DNA of 64,000 nt. Origin: an uncultured delta proteobacterium (GTDB taxonomy: Bacteria; Myxococcota_A; Polyangia; Fen-1088). Position numbers and translations under genes: made by a program. The notes under the pieces were generated by a model that was given only the letters and a program-made list of their open reading frames with translations, made no database searches and was not told the DNA's origin. The stretch covers positions 352,001 through 416,000 of the forward strand of contig CAVYGB010000002.1 in NCBI GenBank assembly GCA_963767925.1, given 5' to 3'. Positions 10,634-19,058 of the stretch are shown piece by piece (within the stretch, counting starts at the first letter, position 1; the number at the start of each line of letters is the position of its first letter).

Positions 10634-11782
10634 ATGGCGAACAGAGCGCTCCCGAACGTGGTTTTTCTCTTGACGGCCCTGGCCGGCGGGTGGGGGTGCG
10701 GGGACAGCGAAAGCGCGGGGGATCCCGGGGCCATGGGGGGATCACCGGGAACCTCCCCGGGCACCCCGAACCCGAACCCGAGCCCGAGCCCTCCGCCCAG
10801 CACCCCCGCGGGCACCGGCGGGGCGGGCGGCAACCCGGTCCCCGTGGGCGGGGCGGGAGCGGGAGGAACCGGTGGGCAGAGCGGCGCCGGCGGACAGGGC
10901 GGCAGCGGGGGCCGGGACGCGGCGAGCAGGCCCGACGCCGCCTCACGACCCGATGGCCCCGGTCGCGCCGACGCTCCCCGCGCGGACGGCGGGGCAGCGG
11001 CCCCGGTGTCGGGCGTCCAGATCAACATCGGCGGCAAGATGGTCGCCCGGGAGAAGGCGGTGGTCTTCCTCCACATCGGCCACTCCGACATGCTCGGGCG
11101 GGCCGACGGACCGGGCTCGCTCCGGTCCTTCTTCTTCGACACCCACCCCCAGCTCTGGACCTACCGGCGGGGCGGGACCTTCGCCGCCGCCCGGGAGCCG
11201 ACCGCGGGCGACACGTCCTCCGCCGGTCCGGGGATGGCGTTGCTGCGGACGGGGCTGACGCTGGCGTCGGACGCCTATTTCATCTCCATCGGCCACGGCC
11301 ACAGCGGCGCCGACGGCGGGCACTGCGCGAACTTTCGCAAGGGCCGCACGCTCTGGAACACCTTCATGCCGGCCGCCATCGAGCTCAAGGGCAAGGTCAC
11401 CTTCGGCGGCGTCTTCACAATGTTCGGCATCACCGAGTACCGCAACGGCTCGGCCGGGCTCAACGGCCTGGGCAACTGCCTGGTCGGGCTGGCGCAGGAG
11501 ATCCGCGCCGAGCTCGGCGATCCGGAGATCCCGCTCATGGTGGGTGACTGGAACGCCGGCGGCACCGGCATCTACTCGCCCACCGGCGGCAACGGCACCG
11601 CGGTCCGCCCGCAGATCCAGGCCATCCCCGGCCGCGACCCCCGCGCGGCGGTCATCCCCACCAACGGCCTGCCCATGGAGGACGACCGGCACCTCAACAT
11701 GGCCGGCCACAAGACCTGGGCCGAACGCGGCCTGAAGATCCTGTCCGACAAGGGCTGGGCCCCCTGGGCTCGCCCGATGTGA
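10634..11782 (+). CDS. Lipoprotein with SGNH/SASA (sialate O-acetylesterase/CE6-like) domain
   Basis: Lipobox GWGC, Gly/Pro linker, GHSDMLG (cf. GQSNM.G), GPGM, C-terminal DDRH (DxxH). Confidence 0.7.
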   Translation: MANRALPNVVFLLTALAGGWGCGDSESAGDPGAMGGSPGTSPGTPNPNPSPSPPPSTPAGTGGAGGNPVPVGGAGAGGTGGQSGAGGQGGSGGRDAASRPDAASRPDGPGRADAPRADGGAAAPVSGVQINIGGKMVAREKAVVFLHIGHSDMLGRADGPGSLRSFFFDTHPQLWTYRRGGTFAAAREPTAGDTSSAGPGMALLRTGLTLASDAYFISIGHGHSGADGGHCANFRKGRTLWNTFMPAAIELKGKVTFGGVFTMFGITEYRNGSAGLNGLGNCLVGLAQEIRAELGDPEIPLMVGDWNAGGTGIYSPTGGNGTAVRPQIQAIPGRDPRAAVIPTNGLPMEDDRHLNMAGHKTWAERGLKILSDKGWAPWARPM

Positions 11783-11819
11783 CCCCCCGGCCCGACACCC
11801 TCACAACGGCGACGGCTCC

Positions 11820-12131
11820 GCAACACCGGAGAGCCTGCCCGAGGTCAAGCTTCCCCAGGTCTGGTACGAGTTCAGCGGCGTCGACTTCGACCGCCAGCCG
11901 GTAGATCAGCAGAGCGCCGGCGTCGTTGAACAGGTCCAGCAACACCGGCGCCACGAACAGCGTGAGGGCGACCTGCGGGTCGAGCGTCACCGCCGGCAGA
12001 TCCGGCAGCAACCCCAGCGCCACCCCCGCCAGCGCCAGCAACGCCGGATAGGGCACCTTGAACCGCCGGGCCACCACCGACAGCACGGCCCGCGCAAACA
12101 ACAACAGGATCGCACTCTCGAACAACGCCAT
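11820..12131 (-). pseudogene. Remnant of a CPA1/NhaP-type Na+/H+ antiporter
   Basis: ARRFKVPYPALLALAGVALG...LFVAPVLLD joined directly to LFNDAGALLIYRLAV, then no further similarity. Confidence 0.75.
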
Positions 12132-12176
12132 GAATTGCCTCGGTCGCGAGTCTGGACCACGCCTGGTCGGTCCGCA

Positions 12177-12349
12177 GACCCCTCACCCCTCCCTCTCCCC
12201 GCTGCCGCGGGGCGAGGGCGAACAGGCAACGGGAAGGCAGAGATCTCGCGCAAATCCGCCATGGACCGCCCCTCGTGAGACGATCGGTTCACCCGGCCAG
12301 TTGTTCGCCCTCGCCCCGCGGCAGCGGGGAGAGGGAGGGGTGAGGGGTC
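12177..12349. repeat. REPIN-like element: two inverted 48-bp REP palindromes around a 77-nt spacer
   Basis: GACCCCTCACCCCTCCCTCTCCCCGCTGCCGCGGGGCGAGGGCGAACA at 12177-12224 and its exact reverse complement at 12302-12349. Confidence 0.9.
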
Positions 12350-12431
12350 CGCTGATTCGGAACTCCGAGTGCAGACGCGCGCTCGCGCCTCGTTCGGCGG
12401 GCGGGCCGCCGATGAACCGGGGGGGTCGGGC

Positions 12432-13436
<1,005 letters not shown>

Positions 13437-13541
13437 GGATGGGCCCCCCAAGTAGGCCAGTTGCATACACCGCGGAACTGGACGGATCGAGGCCTAATGC
13501 AGCCGGACCGATGAAAAGCGGCGGCTCGTGGCCGGTTTCCG

Positions 13542-13795
13542 TCACATCCGCGCCCGACCACGGGGTGTGCGTCGCCGAGGCTCGCGCTCGTCACACCCCG
13601 CGCCCGACCACGCGGTGTGCGTCGCCGAGTCTCGCGCTCCTCACACCCCGCGCCCGACCACGCGGTGTGTGTCGCCGAGTCTCGCGCTCGTCACACCCCG
13701 CGCCCGACCACGCGGTGTGTATCGCCGAGGCTCGCGCTCGTCACACCCCGCGCCCGACCACGCGGTGTGTATCGCCGAGGCTCGCGCTCGTCACA
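13542..13795. repeat. Tandem repeat, 50-bp unit x5 (first unit 49 bp), no spacers
   Basis: TCACACCCCGCGCCCGACCACGCGGTGTGYRTCGCCGAGKCTCGCGCTCG with units at 13542, 13591, 13641, 13691, 13741. Confidence 0.95.
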
Positions 13796-14219
13796 TTCGG
13801 GCAAGGCCGCGCGGGGTCATGACCACCCCTTCGCCCGGACGGAACGGACAGTAGTCCGGCCACATGAACATCTGATGGCCGCCGTCCTGGTAGCGCACGA
13901 AGACCTCGTAGCTGCGGCTCTCCGCGCCACCCTGGCTGGCGGCGGCGCCGACTGCCGCGCCGCCCACCGCGCCGACCACCGCCGCCGGGCCGCGCCCGCC
14001 GATCAACCCGCCGATGATCGCGCCAGCGACGGCACCCCCGACCGGGTTGCCTTGCTGCCGGTGAACGACCTCGCGCACCCATTCGACGCGGCCTGGCCGG
14101 GCCCATTCCTGGGCCGGCGCATCCGCCGACCAGGTGGTCGAGGTGGTGGAGGTCGTCACGCAGCCCACGCCGGTGACTGTGAAAGCGAGCATCACTGTGA
14201 ACAACGAAGTGGTTTTCAT
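13791..14219 (-). CDS. Glycine-zipper 2TM outer-membrane lipoprotein (SlyB-like)
   Basis: MKTT...GVGC lipobox; GGAVAGAIIGGLIG...GAVGGAAVG zipper; YEVFVRYQDG...FRPGEGV. Confidence 0.85.
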   Translation of the reverse strand: MKTTSLFTVMLAFTVTGVGCVTTSTTSTTWSADAPAQEWARPGRVEWVREVVHRQQGNPVGGAVAGAIIGGLIGGRGPAAVVGAVGGAAVGAAASQGGAESRSYEVFVRYQDGGHQMFMWPDYCPFRPGEGVVMTPRGLARM

Positions 14220-14557
14220 GCGGCTTCCTGAGGGCTCGGCGCGCCCCGCGCGCGCCGTTTTCCCGAGATGATTGCAGGGGACGGGCCAGCTTGGGCCCAT
14301 GCGCACCCGCCCACCCCGTCTCGCGCGAGCACCGACGACGCGCCCGGCCCATCGCCGGCAAGCGACGACGTCCACCTCTGTCGCGGGGCGCTCGAGTCCG
14401 GACACCACCTCCCGCCCGACCCGCTCACCACCGCCTGCCGCCCTCTGGATCATCCACATCTGAGCCTCTTGCGAATCGGGGTTCATGCGTTCCGGCTCCC
14501 GGCGGGGCGGGCTGCGCGTGGCGGCGGGGGGCGTGGATCGGGGAGGCGGGCGGTTCT

Positions 14558-15688
14558 ATGATGCGGGCGATGACACCGCTTGCGGCTTCGGTCGGAGTTT
14601 CTCTGGTGCTCGCGCTGGCCAGCGGATCGGCGGCCGGCCAGGCCCCGGCCCTGCGGCTCGAGGGCGCCGGCGTGCGGGCGGGCAGCTTCCGGGTGGCGGA
14701 CCTCGAGGCGATGAAGCCGGTGGAGGTGAGCTGGACCGGGGCGAAGGGGGCGCGTCCCGTGCTCGGCGTGCCGCTCGACAAGTTGCTCGAGCGGCAGGGC
14801 CTCGTCGCGGGCAAGATGGGCGACGACGGCAGCGAACACGGCAGGGGCTGGCGCCGGGTGGTCATCGCTTCGGCCCCCGACGGTTTCCAGGCGGTGTTCA
14901 CCGTGGCCGAGCTGACCGCCCACATGGGCAACACCCGCGCCCTCGTCGCCTGGAAGATCGACGGCAAACCCCTGCCCTCCGATCGCGGGCCCCTGCGCCT
15001 GGTGGTCCTCACCGACAAGATCGCCTCCCGCTCGGTCCACTCCCTGAGCCGCCTGGAGGTGGTCGAGCTGGGAAAACCCTCGCCCCCCGGCCACGGCCAT
15101 CCCCCCGGAAAAGCCTCCGCCGTCCCGGCGCCACCCGCCAACGGTTCCGCGCCCCACGCAGCGCCACCCGCCCACGGCTCCGCCGCTGCCCACGCAGCGC
15201 CACCCGCCCACGGCTCCGCCGCTGCCCACGCAGCGCCACCCGCCCACGGTTCCGCGCCCCACGGCGCTCCGCCTGCCGCAACCGACGGATTGGCCCAGGT
15301 CAGCGCCATCCACGGGGCGGCCGGGCCCTTCGCGGTGGCTGGCTACCGGATGGGCCAGCGGGCCATGCGCGAGCTCGGTGTGACCTCCGGATCGTTCGAC
15401 CTCGAGGTGCGCCACCAGTCGCCGGCCGAGGTCCAGTGGACCTGCATCGCCGACGGCGCCCAGGCTGCGACCGGGGCCAGCTCGGGCAAGCTCAACCTCT
15501 CGCTCGAGCGCGCCGCCCGGGAGAAGACCCGCACCATCTTCCGCCGCAAGTCGACCGGCAAGGCCGTGGCCTTCACCCTCGAGCCCACCTTCGTCAAACG
15601 TTTCCTCGACCTCCCCCGCGATCAGCTCGAGCGGGCCGGCGGCGAGGTGATGGCGCTCCCCGACGACCGCATCTTCGACGTCGATTGA
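14558..15688 (+). CDS. Exported fusion: molybdopterin-oxidoreductase-like domain + His-repeat linker + FmdE-like domain
   Basis: Signal peptide; GVPL..LL...A.DGF...F..EL...A..IDGKPL...GPLRLVV; HAAPPAHGSAAA repeats; IHG..GP...GYRMG..A, CIADG.Q..TGAS.GK.NL. Confidence 0.75.
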   Translation: MMRAMTPLAASVGVSLVLALASGSAAGQAPALRLEGAGVRAGSFRVADLEAMKPVEVSWTGAKGARPVLGVPLDKLLERQGLVAGKMGDDGSEHGRGWRRVVIASAPDGFQAVFTVAELTAHMGNTRALVAWKIDGKPLPSDRGPLRLVVLTDKIASRSVHSLSRLEVVELGKPSPPGHGHPPGKASAVPAPPANGSAPHAAPPAHGSAAAHAAPPAHGSAAAHAAPPAHGSAPHGAPPAATDGLAQVSAIHGAAGPFAVAGYRMGQRAMRELGVTSGSFDLEVRHQSPAEVQWTCIADGAQAATGASSGKLNLSLERAAREKTRTIFRRKSTGKAVAFTLEPTFVKRFLDLPRDQLERAGGEVMALPDDRIFDVD

Positions 15689-15722
15689 GCCTGGCCCCCC
15701 GGCCCGCGCGCGCGGGCGGGTG

Positions 15723-15947
15723 TCAGCAGCACTTCTGGACGCGGGCGGACGGGGCGGGGGTCAAGCCGACGAGGTCGGCGATCTCGCGGGCGGTGAGGTC
15801 GTAGAGGCCGGCGAGGGCGGCGGCCGCCCGGCGCTTGGCCGCCTCCTGACCGTCACCCGCCGGCGTGGCGTGGGCCAGAGTGAGGGCGGCGCGGGCGCCG
15901 GGAGGCAGATCAGAATCTTGAGCGAGGACGGGCAGCAACGACGGCAT
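15723..15947 (-). CDS. Small hypothetical protein (74 aa) ending in KCC
   Basis: AAGGAG RBS 7 nt before ATG 15947; overlaps the 3' end of the ArsR gene. Confidence 0.6.
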   Translation of the reverse strand: MPSLLPVLAQDSDLPPGARAALTLAHATPAGDGQEAAKRRAAAALAGLYDLTAREIADLVGLTPAPSARVQKCC

Positions 15948-16278
15948 CGACGGTCTCCTTTGCACGGGGTGGATCGGCGGCGCGGGCAGCGGCCGCCACG
16001 GGCAGCCGCATGCGGCGCCCGAGCTCTTCGAGGTACGCGGTCATCACCTCCGGCCGGAACCGGAAGTAGGCGAACTGCCCCTCCTTGCGCCGCTCCAGCA
16101 AGCCAGCGGTCGCCAGCTCCTTGAGGTGGTGCGAGATGGTGGCCTGCGACACCGGGCAGGCTGCCACGATGTCCGAGCAGCACATCTCCCGCGCCGCCGT
16201 CCGCTCCAGGATCTCGCAGCGCTGCGGATCGGCGAGCGCCTTGGCAATGCGGCTGAAATCCTGGTCGCTGAGCTTCAT
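15910..16278 (-). CDS. ArsR/SmtB family transcriptional regulator
   Basis: KALADPQRCEIL...EMCCSDI...VSQATISHHLKEL..AGLL..RKEG. Confidence 0.93.
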   Translation of the reverse strand: MKLSDQDFSRIAKALADPQRCEILERTAAREMCCSDIVAACPVSQATISHHLKELATAGLLERRKEGQFAYFRFRPEVMTAYLEELGRRMRLPVAAAARAADPPRAKETVDAVVAARPRSRF

Positions 16279-16435
16279 GTTGATCACGGCAGGGGACTGG
16301 AAGGGACAGATATATAGATAACTGTCTATTCGTCGATGTCAAGGCGGCCCCCAGATCGCGGTGGCCTCTCGTCCGCCAGCTCGGCATACGCCGCCCCGGC
16401 CGCGCCCACACAACCCCCCGAAACCACGGGGGGAT

Positions 16436-16489
16436 CGCCGGCCAGCCGTCTAGCCGCCAGCCGCCTAGCCGCTCGCCTGCCTCTAGCCG
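16436..16489. repeat. Short degenerate ~15-bp repeats at the kinase stop codon
   Basis: CTAGCCG at 16450, 16465, 16483; GCCAGCCG at 16441, 16456. Confidence 0.5.
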
Positions 16490-17613
16490 GTGTGGCGCGG
16501 CACTTCGACCCGGAACATCGTCTCGGCCTCCTCGGGCCGGGCCAGCACCTGCACCCGCCCCCGGTGGGCCTGGACGATCTGCTGGACGATGTACAGCCCC
16601 AGGCCGAGCCCCTCGCCGCTGCCCCGCTGCCGCTGCCCCCGCCGGAACGGGTTGAACAGGTGGGGAAGCACGTCGGCGGCGATGACCCCCGCGCTCGCCA
16701 CCGACAGCGCCACCTGCTCGCGGGCCTGCCCGTCGAGCGCCACCCGGATCGCCGGGCCCTTGCCATGCTGGATGGCGTTTCCGATCAGGTTGGACGCCAC
16801 CTGCGCCATGCGGTCGACGTCCCAGACCCCCGCGAGATCCCCCTGCGCCTGCAGGTCGATCCGCCGATCGGGGTGGGCGGTCTGGAGCTCCTGGGCCACC
16901 CGCCCCACCAGCTCGCCGAGATCGGCCGGCGCCGGCCGCAGCGGGATGCCGCCCGCCAGCCGGGCCCGGGCCAGGTCGAGCGTGTCCTCGATCAGCCGGG
17001 CCATGCGCCGGCCGCTCGACTTGATCCGGGTGGCCGCCCGCACGGCCGCCGCCGGGTCGGGCCCTCGCTCCAGCAGCTCCGCCGTGGTGAGGATCGCCGC
17101 CAGGGGGCTGCGCAGATCGTGGCTCAGGACGGCGGTGAACATCTCGTTGAGGCGCAGGGTCTCCGTCAGCTCGTTGAGCTGATCGGAGAGCTGCTGCTTC
17201 TGGCGCTGGAGCTGGATGAAGACCTCCACCTTGCTGCGCAACACCTCCGCCTCGATCGGCTTGAACAGGAAGTCGACCGCCCCCGCGTCGTAACCCTTGA
17301 ACAGGCGGTGCTGATCCCGGCCCCCCGCCGTCACGAAGATGATGGGGACGTTGCGCGTGCGCTGGCTGCCGCGCATCAGCTCGGCCAGCTCGAACCCGTC
17401 CATGTCCGGCATCTGCACGTCGACCAGGGCCAGCGCGACGTCGTGGGCCAGCAGGATCTCAAGGGCCTCCGGGCCCGAGCGGGCCTGCAAGAGCTCGAGG
17501 TCGGGCCGCCGCAGCAGCACCGCCAGCGCCAGCAGGTTCTCGGGCAGGTCATCGACGAGCAGGCACTTGATGGGCGTCGACACGCGGGGCTCGAGCGTGG
17601 GCGGGTCCGTCAT
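16483..17613 (-). CDS. Hybrid response regulator/sensor histidine kinase (REC-HisKA-HATPase)
   Basis: LLVDDLPEN, DVQMPDMDG, FKP; SHDLRSPL; NLIGNA; GLGLGL. Confidence 0.93.
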   Translation of the reverse strand: MTDPPTLEPRVSTPIKCLLVDDLPENLLALAVLLRRPDLELLQARSGPEALEILLAHDVALALVDVQMPDMDGFELAELMRGSQRTRNVPIIFVTAGGRDQHRLFKGYDAGAVDFLFKPIEAEVLRSKVEVFIQLQRQKQQLSDQLNELTETLRLNEMFTAVLSHDLRSPLAAILTTAELLERGPDPAAAVRAATRIKSSGRRMARLIEDTLDLARARLAGGIPLRPAPADLGELVGRVAQELQTAHPDRRIDLQAQGDLAGVWDVDRMAQVASNLIGNAIQHGKGPAIRVALDGQAREQVALSVASAGVIAADVLPHLFNPFRRGQRQRGSGEGLGLGLYIVQQIVQAHRGRVQVLARPEEAETMFRVEVPRHTG

Positions 17614-18227
17614 CTTGAATCCCCCTCGGCGTTCAGAGTGCGGAAGAGCGCGGCGATCTCCGCCAGCCGCAGCACGCGCTGACCCAGCGGCCGTCGCAGG
17701 GCCGCCCTCGGCATCCGGTCGGAGATCGCCTCCTGCGGCTCCTGGACCACGGCCTGACCACCCGCCCGGCACACCGCCTCCAGGCCGGCCGCGCCGTCTT
17801 CGCTCGCGCCCGTGAGGATGACGCCGAGGAGCTGGCTGCGGTAGACGTCGGCCGCCGACTCGAACAGCACGTCGATCGAGGGGCGCGAGTGGTTGACCAG
17901 GTCGTCGACCGACAGCGCGATCTGCGGCCCGGGCGCCACCAGCAGGTGGTAGTCGGGCGGCGCGAAGTAGATGGTCCCGCCCTCCACCGGCTCCTTGTCC
18001 TCCGCCTCCCGCACCAGCGCCGCGCACCTGGGAGCGAAGATCTCGACCAGCAGGCTGTTCCGATCGCGGGGCAGGTGCTGCACCACGAACACGGCCGCCG
18101 CTCCCCGCGCCGGGAGCGCCGGCAGGATCGCCGCCAGGGCCTCCACCCCTCCGGCCGAAGCGCCGATCACGACCCCCCGGACGGCGGCCAGCGTCGCGCC
18201 GCCCAGCTCAGACCCGCTCGAGGCCAT
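17610..18227 (-). CDS. cheB: CheB-type methylesterase (catalytic domain only)
   Basis: IGASAGG, VVQHL, APPDYHL, RPSIDVLFESAA, LTGASEDGAAG. Confidence 0.93.
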   Translation of the reverse strand: MASSGSELGGATLAAVRGVVIGASAGGVEALAAILPALPARGAAAVFVVQHLPRDRNSLLVEIFAPRCAALVREAEDKEPVEGGTIYFAPPDYHLLVAPGPQIALSVDDLVNHSRPSIDVLFESAADVYRSQLLGVILTGASEDGAAGLEAVCRAGGQAVVQEPQEAISDRMPRAALRRPLGQRVLRLAEIAALFRTLNAEGDSR

Positions 18228-19058
18228 CGTCTCTTCTCTGGTAGATGCGATCCTGGCGGACGAACTCGGAGAAGGCGGCGGCGTGGGCCGAGAAGCGCAG
18301 CGACTCCTTGGACCCCAGACCGAGGAACCCCCGCCGGCACAGCGCATCGGCGAAGAGCCTTACCGCCCGGTCCTGCAGCTCGCGGTTGAAGTAGATGAGG
18401 ACGTTGCGACAGGAGACGAGCTGGACCTCGGCGAACACGCTGTCGGTCGCCAGGCTGTGGTCGGAGAACACGATGTTGCTTGCGCAGCGACTGATCGAAG
18501 ATCGCCTCGCCGTAGGCCGCCGTGTAGTAGTCCGACAGCGAGCAGCGGCGCCGCCCGACTTGCCGGTGGTTCTCGGTGAAGGCCGCCATCCGCTCCACGT
18601 CGTAAACCCCGGCCTGCGGCCCGCTCCAGCGCCGCGCCGTTGATGTCGGTGGCGTAGATGAGCGTCCGCTCGCACCAGCCCCTCTTCGCGCAGCAGGATG
18701 GCCAGCGAATAGACCTCCTCGCCGGTGCTGCAGCCGGCCACCCAGACCTGCAGCGAGGGATAGGTCCGCAGCAGCGGCACCACCTGCTCGCGCAGCGCCC
18801 GGAAGTAGGGCGGGTCGCGGAACATCTCGCTGACCTGCACGGTGAGGTAGTCCAGCAAGACGCGGCGAAGACCGACGGCGTCGTGCAAGCAGCCGGTCCT
18901 GGAGCTGCGAGAGTGATGCGCACCCGAAGCGGTCGAGCGCCGCGCGCAGGCGCCGCTTGAGCGAGGCGGTCGAGTAGGCCCGGAAGTCGTAGTGGTACTT
19001 GAGGTAGATCGGCGTCGACCAGCAGCCGCAGCTCGATGTCGAAGTCGGTCGTGGTCAT
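18208..19058 (-). CDS. cheR: CheR-type methyltransferase (frameshifted in this sequence)
   Basis: [50 protein letters not shown] spread over several frames; ATG overlaps the upstream kinase stop (ATGA). Confidence 0.88.

Noticed and set aside
13542..13795. CRISPR array (50-bp period, palindromic)
   Set aside because: The whole unit repeats with only point differences; no spacers
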